Part shown: positions 46,445 to 55,920 of the stretch, in pieces | Position numbering within the stretch: position 1 is the stretch's first letter | How the letters are laid out: each line of letters opens with the position of its first letter | IMG/VR virus record: IMGVR_UViG_3300031853_000039 | Location: 178-64,177 of that record | Length of the DNA: 64,000 nt | Source of the DNA: a virus | Taxonomy: Duplodnaviria; Caudoviricetes | Strand: one strand, 5' to 3' | Position numbers and translations under genes: made by a program | Notes under the pieces: generated by a model | Databases searched by the model: none | Seen by the model: only the letters and a program-made list of their open reading frames with translations | Told to the model about the DNA's origin: nothing

Positions 46445-46738
46445 GTGAAAGAAATGACACATGAAAAAGAGCTACTAACTGGAGCAGAGGTTTGTGTACT
46501 TGTAGGTATTTCAATTTATACTTTGAATAATTGGTACAAGTTTAAGAAAGCAGACCCAAAAAATAAGTATGCTAAAATGTTACCAAAGTTTATTCAGAAA
46601 ACTGATAGACAAACACGCTATTGGAAAAGAGATGATATACCAAAACTTATTGAGTTTAAGAATAGTATTCCTCAAGGAGTTTCAGGTGTTATGGGTAAAG
46701 TAACTCAAAAATATTGTAAGCATAAAGAGGAGGTGTAA
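46445..46738 (+). CDS. MerR/excisionase-like HTH protein
   Basis: LLTGAEVCVLVGISIYTLNNWY..QTRYWKRDDI. Confidence 0.7.
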   Translation: MKEMTHEKELLTGAEVCVLVGISIYTLNNWYKFKKADPKNKYAKMLPKFIQKTDRQTRYWKRDDIPKLIEFKNSIPQGVSGVMGKVTQKYCKHKEEV

Positions 46739-46740
46739 TT

Positions 46741-46860
46741 ATGTATATCAATCCATTTTTAGGTGGGGTTATTGCTACTGTAGGATTTGAATGTTTAATT
46801 ATGATAATAATCGCAGTTGTATCATCACTCATAGACAAGCATAAAAAGAACAAGAGGTGA
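46741..46860 (+). CDS. 39-aa membrane peptide (not in track)
   Basis: MYINPFLGGVIATVGFECLIMIIIAVVS..., RBS gaggagg. Confidence 0.6.
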   Translation: MYINPFLGGVIATVGFECLIMIIIAVVSSLIDKHKKNKR

Positions 46861-47273
46861 TAAATATGAATAATACGGAGTTGGCAAACTATATTGATGA
46901 ATATGGTAAGTATAAGCAAGAAGAAAAAAGAATAAAAGCAAACCTCGACCATTATAATAAACTCATAAAAACAAAAATGGGAGAAGATAATCTTGATGAG
47001 TTTGAAGGCACAGACTATATAGCAAGTTATACATTGAGAAAGCAAGAGTCATTAGATTTAGAGGGTGTACTTTCAATACTTCTTAACTATTGTGAAGATA
47101 CAGCACGTGATTTAGGTATAATCAAAACAAAAGATTATATTGATACAGATGCTTTAGAAAAAGCAATATATAAAAATGAACTTGATAAAGATGTGCTAAT
47201 TGAAATGAACACTTGTAAACAAATTAAAAGAACACCTACACTCACAATCAAAGAAATCAAGAAAGGAGAATAA
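46857..47273 (+). CDS. hypothetical protein
   Basis: ORF track. Confidence 0.7.
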   Translation: MINMNNTELANYIDEYGKYKQEEKRIKANLDHYNKLIKTKMGEDNLDEFEGTDYIASYTLRKQESLDLEGVLSILLNYCEDTARDLGIIKTKDYIDTDALEKAIYKNELDKDVLIEMNTCKQIKRTPTLTIKEIKKGE

Positions 47274-47275
47274 CT

Positions 47276-47506
47276 ATGGAAAATGAATACGAAGTAAAAG
47301 GAATAACTACATCAATTAGATTTACAAGCAGAGCAAGCGTGAAGATTGCTGACAATTTTTATACAATAGAAGCTTGTGAGGAAAGGGTAATACCTGATAT
47401 AGAAGATGTAGATATTGAAGAAGAAAGAAAAGCATTATGGGACACTGTGAATAATGAGGTTGATGAGCAGATTGAAGATATACTAAAAACTTTCAAGAAA
47501 AAATAA
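47276..47506 (+). CDS. hypothetical acidic protein
   Basis: ORF track. Confidence 0.7.
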   Translation: MENEYEVKGITTSIRFTSRASVKIADNFYTIEACEERVIPDIEDVDIEEERKALWDTVNNEVDEQIEDILKTFKKK

Positions 47507-47507
47507 C

Positions 47508-47536
47508 TTGACTTTTATTCAATCATGTTGTATAAT
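47508..47536 (+). promoter_or_regulatory. sigma-A promoter of the replication operon
   Basis: TTGACT-17-TATAAT. Confidence 0.8.
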
Positions 47537-47594
47537 TATTATTGTCAATAAAGTTGACACGTTGCGAATCCTTGGATGTGGGATTCAAAAAATA

Positions 47595-47701
47595 GGCTGA
47601 TAAAGTGTAGCGGACTTTATCATATAAAGCCACTAATACTTTATCAGTCAACAGACTGTTTTGATGGAACCGCTACTTCCTGATAAACAGTCTGTTTTTT
47701 A
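47595..47701 (+). ncRNA. structured 5' leader of the initiator gene (complementary 7-nt loops)
   Basis: Hairpin TGATAAAGT-GTAGCGG-ACTTTATCA and hairpin AGACTGTTT..GGAA-CCGCTAC-TTCC..AAACAGTCT plus T run. Confidence 0.75.
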
Positions 47702-47719
47702 CACTAAAGGAGATAAAAT

Positions 47720-48535
47720 ATGTCAGTTACAAGAGTACATAAAACAAAAGATTATACTGTAATGAGCAATTATCATTTCAAAGATAAAGAATTAAGTCTA
47801 AAGGCAAAAGGTCTATTATCACTCATGCTATCACTACCAGAAAATTGGGACTATTCAATAGAAGGACTTACTACACTATCAAATGATGGTAGAACAGCAG
47901 TAAAAACAGCATTACAAGAACTTGAAAAAAATAATTATTTACATAGACAACGAGTATATGAAAATGGTAAAATTGCTGATATAGAATACCATATTTTTGA
48001 AAGTCCTAAAGATTGTAAAACTTATAAAGAAAAGCTTAATGTAGAAAATCTACATGAAGAAAAACTATATGTAGAAAACAACGACAATAAAATACTAAAG
48101 AAATCAAATACTAAAGAAATAAATACAAATAATAAATTATTTGATACTAAAGAAAAGAGTAAACCTAAAGATATTCAAGAAATTGTAGACCTATACAATG
48201 ATATATGTGTTAGTCTACCAAAAGTAAGAAGTGTTACAGATAAAAGAAAGAAAGCTATACAGTCACTATTCAAAAAGGGATATTTCATAGACCAATTTGC
48301 AGAAGTATTTAACATAGCAAATAGTTCAGACTTTCTTACAGGCAAAAATGATAGAGGCTGGAAAGCTGATTTAGATTTCTTACTCAGAGAGGATAAGTTC
48401 GTAAAAACATTAGAAGGTGGTTATAGTTCAAACAAAAAACGCAATAATGATTTATCACATACTTTAGATTCACATGAACGTAAAGCAGAGTTCAAAAGGA
48501 GAGTAGAAAATGGAGAACATATCAAGGAATACTGA
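47720..48535 (+). CDS. replication initiator (N-terminal wHTH, C-terminal DnaD-like domain)
   Basis: DYTVMSNYHFKDKELSLKAKGLLSLMLSLP..LQELEKNNYL; FLTGKNDRGWKADLDFLL. Confidence 0.88.
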   Translation: MSVTRVHKTKDYTVMSNYHFKDKELSLKAKGLLSLMLSLPENWDYSIEGLTTLSNDGRTAVKTALQELEKNNYLHRQRVYENGKIADIEYHIFESPKDCKTYKEKLNVENLHEEKLYVENNDNKILKKSNTKEINTNNKLFDTKEKSKPKDIQEIVDLYNDICVSLPKVRSVTDKRKKAIQSLFKKGYFIDQFAEVFNIANSSDFLTGKNDRGWKADLDFLLREDKFVKTLEGGYSSNKKRNNDLSHTLDSHERKAEFKRRVENGEHIKEY

Positions 48536-49169
48536 TTGTTGGTATGTCAATTCATGTAAAGATGACTGTTATATGTGTAACACTTATCTTGAAATGAAAT
48601 GGCAAATGAATAATAGTGGTTTACCTGCTACTATGCAAAAGCCAATCAAGTTACAGTTGGTAAATAAAGAGGATGAAATTGCTTATGATACGCTTGCTAC
48701 TATCAGAAAGAATATAAGACAGTTTGTTATTGATTCTAAAAACTTATACATTTGTGGTGAGAGTACAGGCACAGGAAAGACAAGTTGGGCAATAAAGCTA
48801 TTGCAGACATATTTACACTACACAGCTGAAGGTAATTATGAAAATCTAAAAGGGATGTTTGTGTCAGTACCAGATTTGTTGCTGAAACTAAAAGACTTTA
48901 ATAATCCTTTATCAAAAGAATATAAAGACAATTTGGAAAAAGTTGATTTAGTAGTATGGGATGATATAGCATTGACAAACGCATCTAATTATGATTATAT
49001 GCAATTATATACTTATATCAACAACAGATTATTTGCAGGTAAATCAAATATCTACACAAGCAATATAACAACACTTGAAAATCTTACAGAGTTGTTAGGT
49101 AGCAGAATAGCAAGCAGAGTTTGGAATACAAGTGAAGTAATAGAGTTCAAAGGAAAGGACATTAGATAA
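48510..49169 (+). CDS. DnaC/IstB-like helicase loader
   Basis: LYICGESTGTGKTSWA, DLVVWDDIA, IYTSN, RIASR. Confidence 0.85.
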   Translation: MENISRNTDCWYVNSCKDDCYMCNTYLEMKWQMNNSGLPATMQKPIKLQLVNKEDEIAYDTLATIRKNIRQFVIDSKNLYICGESTGTGKTSWAIKLLQTYLHYTAEGNYENLKGMFVSVPDLLLKLKDFNNPLSKEYKDNLEKVDLVVWDDIALTNASNYDYMQLYTYINNRLFAGKSNIYTSNITTLENLTELLGSRIASRVWNTSEVIEFKGKDIR

Positions 49170-50453
49170 ATGGTAGCATTACAGATACTTTCAAAAGTTC
49201 TTGCTACAAAAGATACTTCCATAATCGAGAATAATAACTTGACGGAAGATTATTTTGTAGAATATGAAGATGAATACAATTATATAATGCAACATAAAAA
49301 AGAATATGGCACAGTTCCTGACGAAGCTACATTCTTATCAAAGTTTGATATAGACCTTGTTGAAGTAACTGAAACTGATAGATATTTGATAGATACAATA
49401 CGAGAAGAGTATTTGTATTATAAATCGGTGCCAGTAGTTCAGAAAGTTGCCAGCTTGCTTAAAGAAGATGCAAATGCGGCGGCAGAGTATATGCTACACG
49501 CTATAAAAGAGTTACAGCCTGACTACGGGATAAAAGGTGTTGATATTATACACGAAGCATCTATAAGACAGCAGGAATGGATTGAGCGTAAGAATAATCC
49601 CGATGAATATTTTTTCACCACAGGTTTTCAAGAGCTTGATGATATGGTTCATGGATGGAGAAGAGGAGAAGAGTTTGTAGTAATTCTTGCAAGAACAAAT
49701 CATGGTAAATCATGGGTGCTTGAAAAGATGGTCACGCATATTTGGCAGTTAGGTTATAATGTTGGTTATATAAGCCCAGAGATGGGAGCAAGTAGTATTG
49801 GATATAGATTTGATACTTTATATAAGCAATTTAGCAATAGCGGTTTATCATGGGGTAAAGATGATGTAAATGAAAATGATTATAATGCTTATGTTGAAGA
49901 GTTAGGTAAAAAAGATAATAAGTTTATTGTATCTACTCCGGCAGACTTTGCAAATAAAATGACAGTTTCAAAATTAAGACAGTATATAAAACAATATAAG
50001 CTTGATATATTAGCAATAGATGGAGTAGGTTATTTAAGTGATGAAAGAGCAGAAAGAGGAGATAGCACAGCTACAAAATTAAAGCATATCGGCGAAGATT
50101 TAATGAGCTTATCAGTAGAAATGAATATACCTATACTTGTAGTTGCTCAAGCAAATAGAACAGGAATAACTGAAGGCGATAATGATACTCCCGATATAGG
50201 TAGTGTAAGAGATGGAGATGGACTTGCATTTAATGCTACTGTATTATTAGCACTAAAATTAAAAGATAGAGTTATGACAATGGAAGTAAAGAAGGCAAGA
50301 AATATTGAATTAGGAAAAAAGATAATGTATCAGCTTGATATAAATGTTGGAGATTTTAAGTATATACCATCAAATGATGTAGTAACATCAACAAAAGCAA
50401 AAGTAGAGAGAAAGCGAAGCAATAAACCACAAACAAAGGAGGATGTATTCTAA
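49170..50453 (+). CDS. dnaB: DnaB-like replicative helicase
   Basis: TTGFQELD, VILARTNHGKSW, ISPEM, IDGVGYL, AQANR. Confidence 0.9.
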   Translation: MVALQILSKVLATKDTSIIENNNLTEDYFVEYEDEYNYIMQHKKEYGTVPDEATFLSKFDIDLVEVTETDRYLIDTIREEYLYYKSVPVVQKVASLLKEDANAAAEYMLHAIKELQPDYGIKGVDIIHEASIRQQEWIERKNNPDEYFFTTGFQELDDMVHGWRRGEEFVVILARTNHGKSWVLEKMVTHIWQLGYNVGYISPEMGASSIGYRFDTLYKQFSNSGLSWGKDDVNENDYNAYVEELGKKDNKFIVSTPADFANKMTVSKLRQYIKQYKLDILAIDGVGYLSDERAERGDSTATKLKHIGEDLMSLSVEMNIPILVVAQANRTGITEGDNDTPDIGSVRDGDGLAFNATVLLALKLKDRVMTMEVKKARNIELGKKIMYQLDINVGDFKYIPSNDVVTSTKAKVERKRSNKPQTKEDVF

Positions 50454-50725
50454 TGGGAATGAGTTATAACGAATATGTATATGGATATTCTGATAATATA
50501 ACAATATCTAAAATGCAAACTCTTAATCAGTTAGTAAATAATGCTTGTGATGCAATAAATCTTTTGAGAGATTATTGTGTAATGTCAGGGATAACTGACC
50601 AAATGAGTATAGAATACATGGAAGATAGATGTGATACAGCTAAAGCAATATTGCAAAATCTTGAATGGAGAGCAGAAGAAGTAGAGGAGGTACAAGAGCG
50701 TGATACTGAACCAAACTATTTTTAA
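50453..50725 (+). CDS. hypothetical protein
   Basis: ORF track, coupled. Confidence 0.6.
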   Translation: MGMSYNEYVYGYSDNITISKMQTLNQLVNNACDAINLLRDYCVMSGITDQMSIEYMEDRCDTAKAILQNLEWRAEEVEEVQERDTEPNYF

Positions 50726-51734
50726 TGCAGAGTTGTCAGAGATATTATCAGAATTACAATTATCATTACAAGCAAATGGAATACAATTATTACAAAAGAC
50801 AAAAGAAACAGATACACATATAATGGTGCAATGTCCATATCATAAAAACGGACAAGAGCATAAACCGAGTGCAGGTATTAGAAAGAGTGATGGAAAGTTC
50901 CACTGTTTTACCTGCAATGAGGTACATGATTTGCATGAAGTTATAAGTTATTGTTTTGGTCACCGTGATGATGTATTAGGCAAGTTTGGTTGGCAGTGGT
51001 TAGTAAAAAACTTTGCAACAATAAGTGTGGAGGTGAGAAAAGATGTTGAAATTGATGTGGGACGTCCTAACATTTCCAATAAAAGTAATATTTTGGACAA
51101 TAGTAGTGATAATAAATATAATTATGTGAGTGAAAAAGAGTTAGATAGTTATAGATATTATCATCCGTATTGGAAAAAAAGAGGAATAACAGAAGAATGG
51201 TTAATAGAGTTGTTTGATTTAGGATATGACAGTAAAACAGATTGTATTACAATGCCTGTAAAGAATAAATATGGAAATTGTTTATTTGTAGCAAGAAGAA
51301 GCGTTAAAACAAAATACTTCAATTATCCTAAAGGAGTTGAAAAGCCTTTATATGGAATATATGAGTTGTATAGCGTGCTATCTAATGGAAGAGGTAGTGC
51401 AAAGATAAATATAAAGCCCTTTCTTATGAATATGATTGGTGAAATAATAGTATGTGAGTCTATGATAGATGCACTAACAGCTTGGCAGTTTGGAAAATAT
51501 GCAGTAGCATTAAATGGGTTAGGAACAAAAGAGCAGTTCAAACAGCTTGAGCATTTACCGTGTAGAAAGCTTATACTTGCAACAGATAATGATGAGGCAG
51601 GTATGAAAGCAAGAGATAGAATTAGAGCGAACGTAAAAGGAAAACTTATCACAGAATATATTTTACCTAAAGGAAAAAAGGATATAAATGATTTGACAAA
51701 AGAAGAGTTTGATAATTTAGAAGAAGTTTTTTAA
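50700..51734 (+). CDS. DNA primase (CHC2 Zn finger plus TOPRIM)
   Basis: CPYH..HCFTC; VCESMIDAL; ATDNDEAG; KDIND. Confidence 0.9.
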   Translation: MILNQTIFNAELSEILSELQLSLQANGIQLLQKTKETDTHIMVQCPYHKNGQEHKPSAGIRKSDGKFHCFTCNEVHDLHEVISYCFGHRDDVLGKFGWQWLVKNFATISVEVRKDVEIDVGRPNISNKSNILDNSSDNKYNYVSEKELDSYRYYHPYWKKRGITEEWLIELFDLGYDSKTDCITMPVKNKYGNCLFVARRSVKTKYFNYPKGVEKPLYGIYELYSVLSNGRGSAKINIKPFLMNMIGEIIVCESMIDALTAWQFGKYAVALNGLGTKEQFKQLEHLPCRKLILATDNDEAGMKARDRIRANVKGKLITEYILPKGKKDINDLTKEEFDNLEEVF

Positions 51735-51751
51735 GAAATTTCAAAAAAGTA

Positions 51752-51780
51752 TTGACAAATACGTTGTATAATGTTACAAT
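51752..51780 (+). promoter_or_regulatory. class-1 promoter (copy 3, spacer core in inverted form)
   Basis: TTGACA-AATACGTTGTATAATGT-TACAAT. Confidence 0.8.
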
Positions 51781-51842
51781 ATGTTTGTAAGTTAAAACAA
51801 TGACACAAAGTGTCACTCACAGAAAGGAAAGGAGGTGCTTTA

Positions 51843-52631
51843 GTGTCAAGAAGTAGTTTGAAAAATGTTATTGCTATGCTTGATAGTGTAACTGAAGATG
51901 TATCAGCAGAACAGAGCTTTTTGATTGACTTAAAAAGGTCAATAGAAATGACAACAGATAATGATGACTATGTAGCATCAAAAACATATAAGCCATCAAG
52001 CATGAATTGTATGCGTCAATCTTATTATGTCATTACAGGTGCAAAAGAAGATAAAAAGAGCAACTCTTATATAAGCGTAGGTATTTGTAATTCAGGAAGT
52101 GACATTCATGAGAGAATACAAACAGCAGTATCACAAATGAAAGATAATGATATTGATTGTGAGTATGTAGATATAAGCGAGTTTGTGAAAAGCAGAAACC
52201 TGACAGATATAGAAGTTGTAAAAAAACAAGGAATGGAAACAAAGTTATATCATAAAAAATACAACATGAGTTTTCTATGTGATGGTATTATCAAGTATAA
52301 AAATCATTATTACATACTTGAGCTGAAAACAGAAACAACAAATAAGTTTTGGAATAGAAACAATGTGGATAAGGCACATCATAAACAAGCTATTGCTTAT
52401 AGTTTAGCATTTGGTATAGATGAAGTTATATTTATATACATCAATCGAGATATGCTTGATATGAAGGCTTTTATGTTTAATGTTACAGATGAGATGAAAC
52501 AGAACTTAATAGGCTACATTGATACTTGTGATAGTTATATAAGCAAGAAAAAAGTTCCGCCTATTGATGATGCAGATGCAAAGAAATGTAATTATTGCAG
52601 TTTCAAAACACAGTGCAGAAAGGACGGATAA
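51843..52631 (+). CDS. Cas4-like PD-(D/E)xK exonuclease
   Basis: PSSMNCMRQ, GSDIHERIQ, CDGI..LELKT, HHKQAIAY, CNYCSFKTQC; GTG start 51843. Confidence 0.85.
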   Translation: MSRSSLKNVIAMLDSVTEDVSAEQSFLIDLKRSIEMTTDNDDYVASKTYKPSSMNCMRQSYYVITGAKEDKKSNSYISVGICNSGSDIHERIQTAVSQMKDNDIDCEYVDISEFVKSRNLTDIEVVKKQGMETKLYHKKYNMSFLCDGIIKYKNHYYILELKTETTNKFWNRNNVDKAHHKQAIAYSLAFGIDEVIFIYINRDMLDMKAFMFNVTDEMKQNLIGYIDTCDSYISKKKVPPIDDADAKKCNYCSFKTQCRKDG

Positions 52632-54008
52632 ATGGAATACAACGAATTTTTGAAAACGAAAGAATATCAATATCAGAATACAGGGTTCGATGTGAATTTA
52701 GATGATTTGAATGATAATCTCTTCGATTTTCAGAAACAGATAGTTAAATGGGCACTGAAAAAAGGAAGATGTGCATTATTTCTTGATACAGGACTTGGCA
52801 AAACGATATGCCAATTAGAATTTGCGAATCAAGTGTGCAAACATGAAAATGGAAAAGCACTTATTCTAGCACCACTTGCTGTAAGTAAGCAAACAAAACA
52901 AGAAGGCAAGAAGTTCGGAATTGATGTGAATATATGTCGTACTCAAGCAGACGTGAGAGATGGTATTAATATCACAAATTATGAAATGATGCAACATTTT
53001 AATCCTGATGATTTTGTTTGTGTGATACTTGATGAGAGTAGTATATTAAAAGCAAGTTTAGGTAAGATGTCTAATGACATTATAGATATATTCAGATTTA
53101 CCAAATATAAGCTTGCGTGTACAGCAACACCATCACCTAATGATTATACAGAGTTTGGTAACCACTGTGATTTTTTAAATGTAATGAGTAGAGTTGAAAT
53201 GCTAGCTACATTCTTTATTAATGACGCAAAAGAGAATCAGTGGAGAATGAAAAGACACGCAGAGAGCAAATTTTGGGAATGGCTCGCAACTTGGGCTATG
53301 GTTGTTAAAAATCCATCTGATATAGGTTATTCAGATGATAGATATAATTTACCTAAACTTAATATAAAACATATTATAGTTGATAGTAAAGCAAAACCAG
53401 GACAACTTATAGCCGGAGTTGCTAAAGACCTATCAGAGCGTAGAGAAGCAAGAAAAGACAGTATGCAAGATAGGGTAGATGTTGTTAAAGATTTAATCAA
53501 AGACATGGATAGCTGTCTTGTATGGGTGGATTATAATGATGAAAGTGACCTTATTAAAAAGACTTGTGATATGGTTGAGGTAAAAGGAAGTGATACAGAC
53601 CAACATAAAGAAGATAGTATGTTAGGTTTTGCAAATGGGAATATAAATTTCCTTGTTAGTAAACCGTCTATATGTGGTTTTGGCATGAATTTTCAAAGTT
53701 GCCATAATATGATATTTTGTGGCATTTCTGATAGTTATGAAAAGTTTTATCAAGCTGTTAGAAGATGTTACAGATTTGGTCAAGAAAAGGAGGTTAACGT
53801 ATATGTAATAATTTCTCAGCGTGAATTGTCTGTATTGAATAATATAAAGAAGAAGCAAGCACAGCATGAGAAATTGTCACAGGAAATGATTGATAGAACT
53901 TCTGAAATTCTTAAAAACGAAATTCATTCTACAATGAAAATAACAGAAGATTATGTGGCAAATCAAATAGTTAAAATGCCCAAATGGTGTATAGAAGGAG
54001 GATATTAA
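52632..54008 (+). CDS. SNF2/SF2 helicase-like protein adjacent to a methyltransferase
   Basis: FDFQ, DTGLGKT, LDESSILK, TATPSPND, GFGMNFQ, QAVRRCYRFGQ. Confidence 0.88.
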   Translation: MEYNEFLKTKEYQYQNTGFDVNLDDLNDNLFDFQKQIVKWALKKGRCALFLDTGLGKTICQLEFANQVCKHENGKALILAPLAVSKQTKQEGKKFGIDVNICRTQADVRDGINITNYEMMQHFNPDDFVCVILDESSILKASLGKMSNDIIDIFRFTKYKLACTATPSPNDYTEFGNHCDFLNVMSRVEMLATFFINDAKENQWRMKRHAESKFWEWLATWAMVVKNPSDIGYSDDRYNLPKLNIKHIIVDSKAKPGQLIAGVAKDLSERREARKDSMQDRVDVVKDLIKDMDSCLVWVDYNDESDLIKKTCDMVEVKGSDTDQHKEDSMLGFANGNINFLVSKPSICGFGMNFQSCHNMIFCGISDSYEKFYQAVRRCYRFGQEKEVNVYVIISQRELSVLNNIKKKQAQHEKLSQEMIDRTSEILKNEIHSTMKITEDYVANQIVKMPKWCIEGGY

Positions 54009-54009
54009 A

Positions 54010-54891
54010 ATGGAAGTAAAATGTAAGAATCAGTATGAAGGAAATGGATTTGCATTATATAACGGAGATAGTTGTGAAGTAATGAAAGCTATTCCAGATA
54101 ATAGTATTCATTACTCTATATTTAGTCCACCTTTTGCACAACTTTATGTGTATTCAAATAGTGTTAGAGATTTAGGTAATTGCAAAAGTACAACAGAATT
54201 TTATGAGCAATTTGAGTACATTATAAAAGAATTATATAGAATTACTATGAGTGGTAGACTTGTTTCAATACATTGTATGGATTTACCAACACAAAAACAG
54301 AGAGACGGATTTATTGGATTGACAGATTTTCCGGGTGAACTTATCCAAATGATGCTTGCAGAAGGATTTATATATCATTCGAGAGTGACAATATGGAAAG
54401 ACCCTGTTGTTGCTATGCAAAGAACTAAAGCATTAGGTTTATTACATAAGCAGATTAAGAAGGATAGTTCTATGTGCAGACAGGGAATTGCAGATTATAT
54501 TATTACATTTAGAAAAAATGGAGAAAATGAAGAAAGAATATCGCATACAAATGAAAGTTTTCCAGTAAGTAAGTGGCAGAATTATGCAAGTCCGGTGTGG
54601 ATGGACATAAATCAGTCAAATACACTTCAAAAAGAAAGTGCAAGAGAACACAAAGACGAAAAGCATATTTGTCCTTTACAGTTAGATGTAATTGAGCGTT
54701 GTATTGAATTATGGACTAATCCTAATGACATAGTATTTACACCTTTTGCAGGAATAGGAAGTGAAGTGTATCAAGCCTTAAAAATGGGTAGAAGAGGTTT
54801 AGGTATAGAATTGAAAGAAAGCTATTACAATCAAGCTGTTGCTAACTGTAAATCAATTATAGATGCACCTAAAACTATATCACTATTTTAG
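54010..54891 (+). CDS. DNA methyltransferase, beta class (likely N4-cytosine)
   Basis: Motif IV FSPPF before motif I FTPFAGIGSE; HICPLQL. Confidence 0.88.
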   Translation: MEVKCKNQYEGNGFALYNGDSCEVMKAIPDNSIHYSIFSPPFAQLYVYSNSVRDLGNCKSTTEFYEQFEYIIKELYRITMSGRLVSIHCMDLPTQKQRDGFIGLTDFPGELIQMMLAEGFIYHSRVTIWKDPVVAMQRTKALGLLHKQIKKDSSMCRQGIADYIITFRKNGENEERISHTNESFPVSKWQNYASPVWMDINQSNTLQKESAREHKDEKHICPLQLDVIERCIELWTNPNDIVFTPFAGIGSEVYQALKMGRRGLGIELKESYYNQAVANCKSIIDAPKTISLF

Positions 54892-54901
54892 GAGGTTATT
54901 A

Positions 54902-55429
54902 ATGGCAGTAAATAGAGGAAAACAATTTGAAAATGTTATACGTAAATCTTTTGAGTGTGTCGAAGGTGTTTCTATTGACCGTATAAATGATAATACCGCT
55001 GGATTTAAGGGAATTGCTGGTATATGCGATTTTATTGTATATAAATATCCGTATCAATATTATATTGAGTGTAAAACAATTCATGGAAATACCTTTCCAT
55101 TAAGTAATATAACAGATACTCAATATAATGGACTTGTAGAAAAAGATAAAATAGGGGGTGTAAGAGCAGGACTAATAATTTGGTGGGTAGATAAAGATGT
55201 CACAAAGTTTGTACCCATAAGTACAGTTCAAACATTAAAAGCTAATAAATATAAAAGCATTAGTTATAACTTGACTGCTTTACCTACCACAGAAATAAAG
55301 GGTAAGAAAAAAAGAGTATTTTTTGATTATGATATGACACAATTTTTTATTCAAGTTGGATATGATTACAAAATACAACAAAAAGAAAGGGAGATATTAA
55401 ATGCGAGAATTAAGCGTAGTAAAAGATAA
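54902..55429 (+). CDS. recU: RecU-type Holliday junction resolvase
   Basis: NRGKQFE, CDFIVY..YIECKT, NITDTQYNGL. Confidence 0.8.
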   Translation: MAVNRGKQFENVIRKSFECVEGVSIDRINDNTAGFKGIAGICDFIVYKYPYQYYIECKTIHGNTFPLSNITDTQYNGLVEKDKIGGVRAGLIIWWVDKDVTKFVPISTVQTLKANKYKSISYNLTALPTTEIKGKKKRVFFDYDMTQFFIQVGYDYKIQQKEREILNARIKRSKR

Positions 55430-55919
55430 AGTACAAGATATAAGGCTTCATGTAGAAAATAATTCAAGCAAGATAGACGAAATTGTAAGCGATATTATAA
55501 AACCTTATTGTGAGAAGTTAGATAACTATGTTGGTTTTATATCTAGGTGTTTACAAGATGGAGAAAACCCTCCTACCGATAAAGAGCTTGATGATTTTGT
55601 ATTAAACTTGTCAACATATATTTATTGGGCAAGCGGAGCTGTAGAAAATCTTGGAATCAGAGATGATATATCAAAAGCAGTATATAAAGAAATGTATCAT
55701 AGTAGCAGAGCTACAATTGATAAAGGCACAGTAGCAGACAAAGATAGTTTGGCAGAATTAAGCAGTCAGCAAGAGTATATTATCAATGTTTGTTACAATA
55801 GAGCTTGGAAAACTATGAAGGCAAAAGTAGAAGCGGCACAAGAGTTGCTAGGTAGTTGTAAAAAAGTTCTCACTAGAAGAATGAATGAGTACCAACTAAC
55901 ACACATGGGAGGAAATTAA
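55401..55919 (+). CDS. hypothetical helical protein
   Basis: ORF track. Confidence 0.7.
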   Translation: MRELSVVKDKVQDIRLHVENNSSKIDEIVSDIIKPYCEKLDNYVGFISRCLQDGENPPTDKELDDFVLNLSTYIYWASGAVENLGIRDDISKAVYKEMYHSSRATIDKGTVADKDSLAELSSQQEYIINVCYNRAWKTMKAKVEAAQELLGSCKKVLTRRMNEYQLTHMGGN

Positions 55920-55920
55920 A

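Noticed and set aside
51843-52631. CRISPR-associated Cas4
   Set aside because: No array or other cas genes; the context (RecA, RecU, helicases) fits a standalone phage recombination exonuclease
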